IMG/VR virus record: IMGVR_UViG_3300031992_000031 | Coordinates: 69,462 to 133,461 of that record | Direction: 5' to 3' (one strand) | Length of the DNA stretch: 64,000 nucleotides | Source: a virus | Lineage: Duplodnaviria > Caudoviricetes | Part shown: positions 40,251-55,200 of the stretch, one piece after another | Layout of the letters: each line of letters starts with the position of its first letter | Position numbering within the stretch: position 1 is the stretch's first letter | The notes under the pieces: model-generated | What the model was told of the DNA's origin: nothing | Seen by the model: only the letters and a program-made list of their open reading frames with translations | Databases searched by the model: none | Program-made: the position numbers and the translations under genes

Positions 40251-43200
40251 TTACCCCCCTATTCTATTCCAACCTTGCGACTTACGTGCTATTTGGATCA
40301 TGCGGTCAAGCGCTTGCTCGCCCGCGCGTTGAGCATCATAATCGTTCGCAATTTGAGAAACATTCATTTCAACAGTTGCATTCTCTATTATAATGCCGCC
40401 ATCGGACGGTCCAATCACACTATTTGTTGCGTTTGAAATATTATTATATGCGTCCCTAAAGTCGGTTAGCAGACTTAATAGGGAAGTTGGTTTATTGCTT
40501 AGAATATCGTTGCGTAAGGTTGCAGTTTGTGAAGCCGTTAGAACAGATTCTTTTGCATGAACTAAAGCTGGTCCAGTTTCATCAACAATACCACCTTTAT
40601 CGAACGTAGCTAATGTTGCCAAAGCTAATTGTGACAAGCGCCTTGCTTCCATTCCTGATTTTGGATTGTTCCCGGTAGTCATTATATCATTGCCAAGCTA
40701 AGTTATCTTTAAGACTGCTGCCTATTTGGCGGCTTCTTTAGTATCAAATCCATCCTATTCAAAACGCTTACCATTATATACAAATGAATATTTGTGCTTT
40801 TTATCATTACTAGAATTATTCGAGCTAGTTCCATTACCGCCATTACCACCGCCATTGCCGCCAGCAGTAGAAGCAGCAAAGTTTCCTTCGGTCTTGGCCT
40901 TCTCCTCAGCCTCTTTCTTCTCTTTTTCAGCTTTCTTCTTGGCAACTTCATCACCATACAAGGTAGTAAGAATGTCCAATCCGCCATCCAGCGTTTCTTG
41001 AAGCTCCTTAAAACGCTAAATCTCAAATAAATCTTCACGAATTGTTTTTGTTAATTCTGTTGGTGATTGTCCCCAATATTCTTTTGTATTTTCTTTAATG
41101 AACTCTGAAATACTTTCGGGAGAACCTTGTAATACTTCATATACAGCATTCCAAAGTAATCCATTCTCTTTCTCATATTCAAGCTATTCAGTCATTATTT
41201 CAATCTAATGGTCTAAGCGCTCTAATTGATTATCAGAAGCTTTCTACAATGCATCAATCTACTACTACTAGGCATCAAAATACATATTTTGTTGCTTTTC
41301 ACTAATCTAGCGTTGTAAATCAGTAATTTGAGAAGCAGAGCCACCAGAGCGCTATAAAATAGCCAACTGCCGCTGTAGCTTACCAAACTCATCAGCTTCC
41401 TACTAATTAGAATACATTTGTTTTTCAAGATTGAGCTACTCACTTAATCCATCAATTAATGCTTTAGAAGACTTTTCAATTGCATCGCGTTCTTTCTAGA
41501 ATTCATCAATTTCGCGCTATCTACTATCTTCAATAGCTTTCAATACTTTCTATTCTACATTAATTTGATTATCTTCAATATCTCGAATAATTTCATTAAT
41601 GCTAGCTTGAGATTCAAGAACTGCGTTTCTATGTTCTTCAACAGAGTCATGTAATGACTGCATTTCTTCTTTATCCGCGTCTATTTTATCCCAAAAAGCT
41701 TGTAGTGCGGTGTTATACCAATCTGTACCTTCCTGTTTAATTTCATTACCGGAAGAATCATACTTCATAGCAAATTCAAATCCAGCATCAACTAACCGCT
41801 TATATTGTTCTTCAGCAGTATAATTAGCTTCACCAGTAGTAGCATTGCGACCTGATAAATCAGATAGCCAAGCTAATGCTCCATCTTTATAATAAAGCTA
41901 ACCACTTTCACCAAATCCATATAAGGCACTAAATGCGCTCTACTCATTAAGCTCTTTACGACGTTTTTCGAAATATTCGTACTAAGAATCTGCTAAAGAC
42001 TAATGTACTACTAACTATTGTTGTAAAGCCTTTAAAGTCTTCATTTGACTCTTATAATAATCTTGCCCATGAGCAATCATATCAGATTGAATTTTAGCGC
42101 GCTCTTTTTCTTCATGTGTAATTTCTTTTTCTAGCTAAGCAATTTGCTGTAACCAGTTATACCACTTTTCTAGATCTTTTAAGAAGGCTTTTGGATCACC
42201 GCCGCCTCCACCACCGCCACCTTTACCAGCTAAATCTTTTGTGGTTAAGGACTCTAATGCTTTCCATTGCGCACGTAGCTATTTTAATGCATTTAAAGCT
42301 GCGCTAGCAGATGCTTTTGCAGGGCCGCCATGTATATTACCTTTCGCATAAGAAACAGCATTTCTTTCATTAGTAACCGCTCTTCCGCGTCCAGAAGACA
42401 TTCCTTTTTCAAGAAGTGATTTAGTTTGTAAATGATTAAATACTATTGCATCATTTGCCAGATTAACCATTTCAGGGCCATTCTAACCAACGATGGAATA
42501 ACGGCCATTAGAAACTACAAGTTCTGGGCCGAGTTCTCCCATTAGCGTACCCTATGCCCTTGCTAGGCCGACAGTACCTTTTGCGACATTTGAACCTTCG
42601 CTTGACGGCTAATCAGAATTACTAGTATTATCAGTTGTTGTAGTTAATACTTTAGATTTTGGCGTCCAATTATCCCAATCTGCTTTAAGAGTTTCAATTT
42701 TTGATGTCGCAGTCTAAGTATCAACTTTTACTTCTATAGAACTTTCTTGAACATCATTTTTTAAAGCATCAAATTTATCTTTTGCATCTTCAGAAGTCTT
42801 TGCTACTTGCTCAATCTTACTATCGTCTATATTTGTAAACGCATCTTTAATACCCTCAGAAACAGTCTCTTTTAATCCTAAATCCATTCCAAGGAGCTGC
42901 TCACGAATATAGGTTTCTAATTTACTAGTATCAATATGACCCTCTGCATCCGCGATCTCTGCTCCAGAAATAGTAATTTTAGCTCCACCTAATGTTAATT
43001 CTAATTCGCCATTAGGATTTAATCCATCGATTATTTGACTACGCCATGCACCAGATTCTAAATCTTTTTTAACACTTTCTCTAATGTCGCTTGGATTCTT
43101 TAAATCGACCTTTGTATCACCAACTGTAACAGTCGTTTCAGTATGAACATATTCTCCAAAATGCCAATAAGCTTGCTTCTTCGCCTCTAGATCATTAGAG

Positions 43201-46200
43201 AAATCTTTCAACTCATTACCTTGATGTTGACTATTCCACCAATTAAGAGCTAATTCATTAATATTTTTTCCGTAATGCCCTTCATTATCAGTATAAATAC
43301 GATTACTATCTTCGTCATATTCAACAAAAACCTTAGCCTTTCCTTCAACAGCAGTTTGTAGCTATATTTGCTATGGTTCCTCGGTAAAATCAATATTATC
43401 AGGAATTATCGCGTTAATACCATCTAAAAGTGCAGTCCACAAAGCTATATTCTTTCTTGCTTCCGGATTTGATGTATCTGATGTATTAAATGTATAACTT
43501 TTTCCATTAATATTGGCTGTAATTTTATCCTAATCAATAGTTAGTTTATCCTCTATCTATAATATAGTCTCAAGAGTCGTAGAATCTTGCACTGCTTGCC
43601 CATTATGATATTTCTAAATTTCTTCTTGTAAATCTTCCTACTTTTTTCCAGTTTCTTTCTTCCATTTTTCTAAGACTTCTTTTGTATTTGAATCATCCCA
43701 ATCAATCTAGGTAATCTATCCACCACTAATAATAAGAGTAGTATTATCAAGTTGAATAACTAAATCTTCACCTAATCCAGATTCCTAAGCAATTGAGGCC
43801 AAACTATCATATAGATTATCTAAGTCCCATTCACCGGATTGATACATTTTCCACATAGAATCAAGAACTGAAGTTAAAGCTTGAGCATCATCAATACTGA
43901 TCTCATCCTTTTTCGCATTTGTTAATAGAGTTCTTAATGATTGATTATTAACTTTAATCTGATCTAATGCTTTATACAAATCATTTTCTTTATCATCTAA
44001 TTCTAATAAAGAATTAACCCATTTTGTGACGCTAGAATTAGCAGTATTTAATCCAGCAAATCCGCCGCCTAAATCAGTAAAGAAATCACCAAAATCAATT
44101 TTGCTATTTTCTCCAGTAATATCACCAAGTTTTTCCATCTAAACAATTACTTCAAGTAATCGTATCATGCCATCAAGCATTTTAACTTGTGATTTTGCCA
44201 TTGACGCAATACCAGCATTAATTCCGCTAGACATTTCTCCGCTGCCAGCTTCAAAATCAACACCAATTTTTCCTAGTGCTACTTTAATATTACCAGTACT
44301 ATCAACAGTTAATGCTTTCGCGCCCTTCTGAATTAAAGCTGCGGCAGCTTCCATAGAACCATCTAATTTAATACCAGCAACCTCAAAATCTTGACCTAGC
44401 GCCGCAATATTATTCATTTCAGTAACAATATTATACCAATCCTAATAATTAATGAGACCCTTATCTTTACCATTAGTTTTATTTAAAGCTGTATCTAATG
44501 TTTGAATTGCTTGTGCCCAGTTATTAAAATAATTAATAGGATTATTTTGCGCTCCAGGAATCTTATTGGACATAAAATTAAATCCTTCATCTTCAGAAGT
44601 AGAGCGAGTTGCAAGAATTTGTTTAGCTAAATCTAATTCTTGTTGATACTCTTTTGAACGAGCGTCTGGAGCAATCTTTTCTAGCTCTATAATTCTTGCC
44701 TAAATATCACTAATGCTCTTATAATGTTCATTAGTTTCTTTTAAACTATTATTAAGTTCATTAAATATTAATTCAGCTTGAATAGCATCAATATCTTTAA
44801 CTTTATTATATAATGCAATAGCCTAATTAGTAGATAATTTTAAACCTTCAGTTGTTTTAGTAAAATCTAATTTAATATTAAATTGATCCGCCCAGGACTA
44901 TAATTTCTGCGCTTGAACATTTGTAAGGCTACCAGAAATACCACCTTTAATTAAATCAATAATACCATTAATATAATCATTAACAGCATCAGCTAATTCA
45001 GCGAGTTCTTCCGGTAGTAATCCGGCATTTTCGCTTGCTAATTGAGCAATAGTATTAACTAATTCCGGAATATTGGTTTCAGATGAAATTTCTAAAATTC
45101 TGTCATTAACGGATGCGCCCAATTTATTAAAATAGACGTTATTAAGCGCGGCTTCAGCCATTCCTAATTTGTCTACTAGATAAGTTACATTAATTCTATC
45201 TCCTGCTTTAGCTTCAGTGATAGCTTTAACTTCTTCAGTTATATTTTCACCAATCTTCTTATCTAAAGCAATTAAAGAATCGTTATAAGCTTTATAGGCT
45301 TCTGTATATGCTTCAGAATCAGGCCTCCAGTGCATTTTACTAGCAAATGCATTAAAATCATAAATCTAAACCTAACCATTACCTAAAGAGCGTAATCCAT
45401 AATCAGCGGAATTAGCAATAGCACTTTCTAATGTAACACCATACTTAGCAAGCATTTCGCCCAAGGCTTCATATGACATTCCCATTGCATCATTTAACAC
45501 TGAAATTGCATCAGTTTCTGGCTATTCTATCGCTGTTAAGAATTTAGCATATAAACTATTTAATTGAGAAGTAGTTTTTGCGCTATCAGCATCCATCTAG
45601 GCATATAATCTTGAATATGCATCAGCCATATTAGTTACAGAAGTAATTACAACACTTCCATCATCTAATTTAATAGTTTCAATTCCATCGCTTACTTCCT
45701 CCGCGATATTCGCTGCCATACCAGTAAGAACCGTCCCTTCGCCCTGTTCAAGCGATTCCATAGCTGTGTTAATACGATTTATTCCGGCATGATATACAGC
45801 ATCAATTTCATCAGGAGCAAGTTCATCACCTTTAAGTTCTTTAATCCATTTAACCGCGTCAGCACCGCCAGCATCAATAATAGAAAGAATTTTTTCTACA
45901 GTGGCATCAGCTATATTTCCACCCTAAGCATTATACCAATTTTTAATCTGCTGTCCTAAATTATTAGCCGCTTTATGCTTTTCAGTAGGATTAGTAGCAT
46001 TAATAAAACCAGCAATATCCATATTCTACTAAATCATAGTTAAAGTTTGATCTTTAATATATTCATTAATAGCATCTCCAGACATGCCTAATTTCTCTAA
46101 TTCTTTTCTCTAAGCTTCAAAATATGTTTTTAATACATCAGCCTTTAAAGTAAACTAATCCAAATTGGTATCATACTAGAAAGCATCTTTTATACTTAAA

Positions 46201-49200
46201 TTACTATTTTCTACTATTTTATTATATTCATCAACAAATTTCTACATATCTGAAATACTATTAGTTCCCTAATATGTATAACCACCCGCAGTAGAAATCG
46301 AAGATAAAATATTATTTTGAGCGTCTGCAATTGTTTCTTTAATATGATTGGCTAATGCTTCATCTATACCAGATAAAGCCTCTACTAATCCAGAAACATC
46401 TAATTGACCTGCATCGGTTATAAACTCACTATATTCATCGCCAAGCACACTTAAACTATCTTTTAGACTATCTCTAAATATCTTAAGATCAGCATCGGTT
46501 GCTGTGCCACTTAGAACCTTATCCCAATTTAAACCACTAATATTATCAAATACTGCCTGCTGTGCTTGGGCCATAGCTTTATTATAAGCATTAGAATCTA
46601 TTTGACCATTAACGCTCATTGCCTTAGCAAGCTCGAGAGCATAATCACTAAGTGTCATCACATAATGGTCTCCAACCTCTTTTAATTTACCTTCTTCTCC
46701 GATATCACCAATCTTTAAGCCACCCTTATCAATTAGTGTAGAAACCTAATCAGCAGTAATTGTAAATAAGTTAGAGCCAATTCCAGCCCAAGCATCTTTA
46801 GACTAAGTAAGAACTGTTTGCATAGCTTTCCAATTCTTAGCTAAATCTTCAGAAGTCCAACCTGTTTTTTGATATAAGTAATATGGATTTTTAGCAGAAA
46901 GTTCAGCAAAATATTTCTAAGCGTTTTGAGCATACTATAAAGCATTTGTAACTCTAAGAATACCATTATCAATAATAGCAGCACCATTAGCTTTTAGCTC
47001 ACGCTAAACGTCTTGTGATAACTAAGACACATTCATTTCTTTAAATAAAGAAACTGAATTAAAAGCATTATCATAGGATTTTTTAATTAAATCTTGGAAC
47101 TGAGTGTCAAGGGTAATTATACCATCAACATAGGATGAATAAGCATTTTGATAGTCAAAAGTCTATTTAAAATCACTAAACTATTGATCATCCATGCCCA
47201 TAGCTTCTTGTAACTTAGAAGCAAATCTCTGCCAATTAATAATTTTAGTTTTTCCAAACTAATTTGTTTCTAGTACATTTTCAAAACCATTTGTCCATGT
47301 TAAATTATCAGTTAAATAATCTGATAATTTTAAATTAAATTTAGTAAATGTATCTTTTAAAGTATCAATATCTAATGATGCACCCGATGCAATAACGGTA
47401 ATTGCCTAGTTAGCCTATTCATAATTTTTAGTTAAAATAGAACTATAAGCTTCATTAGCCTCTGCAGTTGAGTTAAAATGTTCTTGTACATTTCTATATA
47501 ATGTAATCGCACTTTGTACTAGATTATCGCTCGCCGCGAGCAAGCCTTGATTATCTAATTCACTCAACCCAGCATCTTCCAATAGTCCTCTTGTGGTATC
47601 AGATAACTTACTACCCGTCCCACTAAAAATTTCATTAATCGCTGTAGTTGCCGACTATGCAAGATTAATTTTCTTTTCAGACTAATAAGCTGTCATTGCC
47701 GCTTTAAAGCCTGCCTCATCGAACTATGTTATTTTTTGGCCTTCTTCATTAAAGCCTGTTTTAGTATATATTGTCCTTAAATATTCCTCATAAACAAGTT
47801 CATCTAAATTAGCTGAATTGTTCATTTTTTCATCTGAAATATTTAATGCTTTTCCTAAGGCACGTAAATTTCGTGTATTTTTTCCAGTTAAATCAGCTCC
47901 AGGAGTATATAAAGCAGACCAATCAATATTCTAAAACAAAGCATTTTGATAATCTTTTTCTTGCGCATCATACATAGCCTAAATTTGTTCAGCAAGCTAT
48001 TCATCACTTTGCTATTTCTCTTCAAGCCATGTAAAAAAGTTATCTAAAGTTTTTTCTTGTGTTTCATCAGTATAAAATTCTTCTATTAAGTCTTGTAAAA
48101 TTTGTCGACTAGCTGTATCCTCTTCATTTAATGACATTAATTCATTTATATGCTTTTCAAAATCAGCTTTATCATCTTTAAAGTCTTTTGTTGGATCAAA
48201 AGTGATAATTTCTTCTGTCTAGGTATATTGATTTATACCGCTTTCTAATTGTGTAAGAAATTCATAATCCTCTACATCCTTCCACTCTAATACTTTATCA
48301 TTTAAAACGTTTAATAAATTCTCAGAATTTGAAAAAGTATTTGCCAGTTCATCATCTGTCATAGACATAACATTATTAAAGAAAAGATCCCATTCATCCT
48401 CGGTAAAATTTACATTAAATAATTCACTTATTAAAGCCTACTATGCTGAACGTACTGTATCTCTAGTTAAACCTCTATCAAAGTCAGAACTTGGTATAGT
48501 ACTAGCAACACTACTTATAAGATCTAAAGATCTCGCATTATATTTTCGATAAGCTGCCGCAGCAGCGCCACCGACCGTATCAGGATTCGTTCCATTTAAG
48601 AAATGCTTATCATAATCCTCAGAATCTGTATAATAAGTACTGCTATTTCCTGGATTAAAAAGTGCTTTATCTTCATCGGTTAAAGTGTAAAACTCATCTG
48701 ATGATTCTCCTACTCTTTCTAAAAAGCTTCCTAATTCAATTATTCGTTCTGGAGTAACTTTTTCTTGATTCATGTACTCGGTTACCATAGATAATGTATC
48801 ATTATCTTTATTTGCGTCAAATTCTGGTAGCTTTAAAACTTGACGGGATATTTTTTGCTATCCCGTAGGAAGATTACCCTTTTTTCCACTTAAATTATCT
48901 ATTAATTCTTTCCTCTATTTAATTTTTGCTTCTGTATCTTCCTTAGTTTTAATAAAATTATTTCTCCTAGCTTCTATACTCTTTTCTAAACCTTCTTCTG
49001 TCATTACATATTTTTTTAAGATCGGATCAAATACAAATAAGTCATTAAAATTTAAATCAGAACCGTCAGATAATAATTTTACTACTTCTTCAAATTCTTC
49101 TACCGCTTTTTCAAATTCAATACCAGATTTATTAATTGATAATGAAGAATTTAACTTTTTAGAAAGATCTTTAACTTGTTTAATACTATCCTCATAAATA

Positions 49201-52200
49201 GTATTTAAATTATAATTAATACTATTTATTATACTTTGTCTTACTGTTTCAAGTCCTTCCTTATTCTAAAATTCATCATGAGTATTTGCATAACTAGACA
49301 TATCATCAAAGACTTTATTAATTTCTTCTGGATTAGAAAAATTTATATTAATAATCATATTAAATAATTCATTTTGTATATCATCAGTCTATTGCCCTAC
49401 TATATACATAATCTAATCCAATGCGTTTAATCTAGCCTAAGCAAGAGCTGTATATCCATCTTCAGCAAATCTATTTATCTATGCAAACTAATCAGTAACA
49501 AAATCGGAATATATAGATAATACATGAGTATCAGAGTCGTCCATAAAACGTTCTTTAATCCACATTATCTAATCTTCTGTGGTATATTCTTGTTTACTAT
49601 CATTCCATGTACCTTTATTTTTATTCTGAAGAATTTTCTTTAAACCTAATAGATTAGAATTAACTTTTCCAGTAGTCTAATTAAACACAGTAGAAAGAAA
49701 TCTATCTAAATTATCTTTTCTTGCATCTATTAATAACTGATTAAAACTTTTATATAAAGCATTATCTTCATTTAATTGTAAATCGAAATATTCTAATAAT
49801 TCATTTATATTACTAAATTCGCCATAATTAACAGAAGTAAGCTTTTCTCTCTAAGTTTCTGTTAGGCCCTTAATTGCAGATAAGAAATCTCTCTTTGAAC
49901 CACCTTTTTTATAAAATGTTTCATACAATTTAAGATATGACTCATTTGATTCTAATTCATTTTTATAATCATACGATAAAGAAAAATCATCATTAATAAT
50001 ATCATAAAGTTCCTATCTTCTTTCAGCCGTAGATCGTTCCTATTTTGCTGTAGTATAATTCCGTCTCGCTGATCTCTAAAAACTCTCAACCAGCTTTGCG
50101 GCTTTATTAACACCAGAGGAAGTCAAATCATCATAGTCAAGTACGCCTGCCAACTGTTTAAATTCAGTTGCCCCACCAAAAATATCAGAATATTTTGAAA
50201 AATAATCTTCATCTAATTCTTTTGCAATACCTTTTACATTAAAGCCCTATTGCATAAGAGCAATTTTACGTTGTACCTCATCAATTACTTGTAACTCATA
50301 ATCTCTGGTCACTACTTGAACATTAGCCTAATCCGCGGCAGTCTGAGCACTAACAGAACGCTCATCCACTAATTTTTTCTCTGCTGCAATTAAATTAATA
50401 ATAGCATTTCCAGCTGCATCATAACTCGAGATTAATTCAGGATACTATGCTGCCATAGAGCTCATTGCACTAGTATATGCATCCATATCTTCTTGTGAGT
50501 TATACATTGATTTACGTAATTCTTTAATATTATCAATAGAAGAAGATAGCTCTGTTACTCTTGCTTGCTATTTCTAATTTCTTTCTTTAGCGGCATCTAG
50601 CATTTTTCTAGCGTCAGCTAATTTTTCACTAAGAGTATACTTTAAACCATCAAGTATACTTCCAAGTCCCCCGACAAGAAATCCTGCTATACCGCCAATC
50701 GCAGCGCCCCACGGGCCAAACATTGCCCCCATTGATACTCCGGTAGCTGCGCCAGAAAGGCCCTAGCCTGCACCAGCTATCAATTTATCATTTTCAGTAT
50801 TTCTATTTTTTATATCTTCTACATCTTTAACACCATAATTTGCAGAAGCTCCAATTATCACTGGGGCAATTAATCTTGCAATATTTGAAGCAAGCATTAC
50901 TCCTTGACGTTTATTACTGCCCTATTTCCATTTAAAATGCTTGCCATACTTCGCACCCATATTATGTCGCCAATTAGTAAATCGTGCACGCATGGTAGGA
51001 TTGGCCGCGTCAACTTCCTCTTCTCCGGATTCAGTTGGCTCTACATTACCTTCCGGCGGGACAGCACCGCCTGGCGGAACAACACCACCTGAAGTAGCAT
51101 GAGTGCGCATTGCATTTGTATCTTGGCCGACTACAGTGGTATGCTACTACATTGTAGTCGCTCCTTGTTGAGTCGTGTCTTTTAAGCGTTCTATTGGCTA
51201 AGAAGCACCCTAAGCTACCTTACGAAGTTCTTCTAGCTCTGGCGTTGCAGCGCCCGTAGCATTAGCTGCTTCACCTATTTTTGCAACGAATTGATCAATA
51301 GCTGCATAATTAGCATCATTTTGACTCAAGCCAAGATTATTTAAAACTCCTTGACGATAGTTAGCATCATTTAAGAATGGTGCCTCACTTACTAATGTAG
51401 AAGCAATTGTTCCTTTATCGGCCATCCATCCTTCACTATTAAGCATGTCCTAAACAGTAGTAATTTTAACTGCAACTGGAGTACTCTCTACATTACTCTT
51501 GAGCTAATTTATTTCTTCTCTAGCCTAATTAGTATCTGCCTAAACAGGCTGTGTTACAGGAAGTAAATCATTTATAGTAACCTAGCCAACTACCTACTCT
51601 ACTTTCTATTGTACAACTTCGGGTGATTCTGGCTCAAGCTGAAGAGGAACCACCTAAAGATTATTTGGTCCTAAATTATTAAGATCAAACTATAATTGGC
51701 CACTAGTTCCTACTTCAGGTATAGGCGTAGGCTAATTATTTACCACTGGCGTGTTACCTAAAGGAGACTCATTATTTACAACTGGAGGAGTATTAATATT
51801 TTCTAAAGGAGGATTATTTGTTTTCTAATCCGTTGATAAAGGAATTTTAATTTCTTTTTCTTCCGCGTCCTTCCTTTCTTTATCTATTGCCTCTTTCACT
51901 CCAGTGGTATCAGCAGTAACTTTTACTTTCCAGTCTTCAGCAAGTCTACTTTTAGATTCTTCAAGTTGTCGAGTGCCGTAAGATTCCGCAGTTTTACCAA
52001 AAACCGACTATGCATCTAAAAATTCCTATCTTTTTAATTGGCGTTCTTCCTATGCTTTCTAAATTGCATTCTAGAATGTTGCATTTGCTTCGGTGAAAGT
52101 CTCCCTAGATGTAGCTGTTTTTAATTCTGACCAAGAAGCCAACTAAACTCTAGGTGTACTAGATGGTGAAACATTACCCGCAAATCCCTCTCTATCTGTA

Positions 52201-55200
52201 GGTGAAATTAATGTAGGATTATTTGCAACTCCCATTATAATGCCCATATTATTTGGTATTCCTGGACTAACTGGAGCGGTAACTCTAGCCATTGCTTCAC
52301 GACCCAATCGTGCCTATTCTTCTTTGTAACGATTTTCTTCTGCTGCTTTTCTTTCCGCTTCTTCTCTAGCCCTTCTTGCGGCTGCCTCTTCTTGAGCCTT
52401 TCTTTCTGCTTCTTTCGCCCTTCTTTCTGCTTCTTCTTTAACTTTTCTTTGTTCTTCTTCTATTCTTGCTCTGCGGTCAGCTTCCTCTTGCGCTTTTCGT
52501 GCGGCTTCTTCTTCTTGTGCCTTTTTTGCAGCTTCTTCCTATTCTGCTTTCTATGTCGCTACAGTAGAAACTACAGTTCCCTTGCCATATTGTTTTTCAA
52601 GTGCTGACTATACTTCATTGTCTCTTATAACATCTCGTAATGCTCTATTACTAGTACGTCCTCCATAGCCAAGCATATTATAAAGTTGACTTAAACCAAC
52701 ATCTCTAATAGCTGATGGTAAAATAGGAGCATTTTCTGGTGTCATATTGCTATATTGATTATTTAAATTATTATATCTCTATAACAATTCTTCGGCTCTC
52801 TAAGAATTAGAACCAGCGGCTTCCCAATCACTTCGTGCCGATTTAACTTCTTTTCCTAATCTTTCTCTACCAGTTCTATAAGAAGTTTCCTAAATAGCAT
52901 TAAAAGTTTCTTCACCAAAAATACTTCTTAATTCATCTTTACTATGGGTCGCCATAGTTTTAGCAAATCCATTTAAAGCAGTTTCTAATTTAACCTATAA
53001 ACCGCTTAAATCAATTTCACCATTATTAATTGATTGAGCTAAACTCTATAATACCGTTTTACCAATTTCTGCTGAAGATGCCCCCGCCTCTTTCGCGGCC
53101 TTCATCATTGCCTAAACTGCTGCGCCGCCAACTCCAGTTTCTAACATAGCCATAATTAATGGAGAAGGAGAATGAATATCTAATGAGCTTCGTATACCTT
53201 CAAGAATAGACTATCCTAATGTTTGAGCTGCACTACCCGTAATACCAGCAGAATTTAGCATACCAGTTATTAAGCTTAATGCAACATTAGATCCAATTAC
53301 TTCTATCTATCCTTTAATTCCTTCCATACCAGATAAAGAATTTAATATCTACCCCTTAATTTCTTCCATTGTTCCTTCAAAATTAACAGTTGGAGTAATA
53401 GAAGTTAATGTCTAACTAAAGGCCATCGCTGCAGTTTCTTGAACTCCATTTAACCCAGTTCTAAAAATATCAGCAATTTCAGTAATTTTTGCTGTAATTG
53501 CTGGATTCTATGATAATGACTATAACAATCCCTATATTGCACTATTACCAGCATTAGAAAAAGAAGATATTAATTTTGGAGCCAATTCATTCGAGCCATT
53601 TATAATTTCTTCAACATTTTGTCTAAAATTAGTAGCCCATTCAGGATTGGTAAAATCAATTGAATTCAAACTATTCTATAACTGGCCTAAAACTGTTGGG
53701 TCAATTGCATCTACTAAATTAAGTCTAGCTTTTAATTCTACTTCATTTAAACCAAGTTCCGCAGCCTAAGACTAAATTTGAGCTTTTAAATCTTCTATAT
53801 TTAAATTTAAATTAGAATTAGTCTATGTACCTAATTCACTAGTATCCGCTTTTACTTTAACAGGCATTTCTCGATTCTATTTAATCTTCTCATCTAATTC
53901 CTTTAAAGAATTTTCTGCATCAGTTTTATCAATTTTAAGCTTTTCAACTCTTTCCTATTGTTCTCCAACTCTTTTCTAATATGCCTCTTTTCCCATATTG
54001 ATAAGATTTTTTGCGCCTATACCCGCATTTACCACCGAGAATAGAGTTGGTAATATTCCTTTAAAAGTACCTAATTTTCCTATTAAAGTAATAAGTTTAG
54101 TTAACCATTCATATGTTCCCTTTAAAGCATCTTCAAAATGAAGATCTAAATATAATTGTGAAAATGCATTTTTTAACTAATTAGCTTTAGACTCTAAGGA
54201 ATCCATAGCTTTTGCTGTCTAGACCATACCAGCATTTTCAGCATTACTAGACGTATCTATTGCACGTTTTAATTCATCATAATTAGATACTAATGCAATA
54301 AAACGAGATTGTTGTCTATTACCAGCCATAACCGTAGCAACATATCTCTATGTATTATTATCTAATGTATTCCATTTTTTTGCTAATTCTAAAATTACAT
54401 CATCAAAATCACGAAATTGGCCAGCGCTATCTTTAAGAGAAATACCAATAGATTTTAAAGCTGTATCAACTTTATTAAATGCCACTTCTTCTCCATCAAC
54501 ATTTAATAATGTACTTGGCGATGCTTTCATTTCGCCATAACGAGAAATAATAGATTTTAAAGCAGAACCAATATTTTGCGCGCCTTCACGAGTGGTCTGC
54601 TCCATAACACTAATAAAAGCAGAAGTCGTCTATAATGACATGCCTACATTCGCCGCAGAAGAAGCGGTCTTTTCCATAGCATTTGCAATTTCTGCTGAGC
54701 TAACGGCAAATTTTGCCGCTAAAGCGCTATATGTATCAGTTACTTGCGCGGCATTTTCCATATCAATGTTAAACGCACGAATAGCAACAGTCATAGCATT
54801 AGTTGCTTCGGTATAATCCATACCAGAAACCTTAGCCATTTTTAGTGTTTCAGTTGTTAAAGCCATTACCTCATTAGTCTATAAACCTTGTTGATAGAAT
54901 AACTGAGAAACTGTATATACATCTTTTGTTGCAACACCAAACTATTGTGCTGTCTATGTATATTGTCCAATTTTACCCCAAAGTTCTTTTTGAGACATAT
55001 TTGTAACAATAGCAATATTAGTTATACTTTGATCCAATTCCTTTATATTACTAATAGCACTTTTAATAAATTGTGATACTTTTCTAACAACAGCATAAAC
55101 GCCAATATAACGATTAATAAAATTTTGTATCCCCTATAATTTATTAAGTGTCTAATTCATTCTAGCTAACTTAGCTTCTCCTTCATTAACAGCGAGACCT

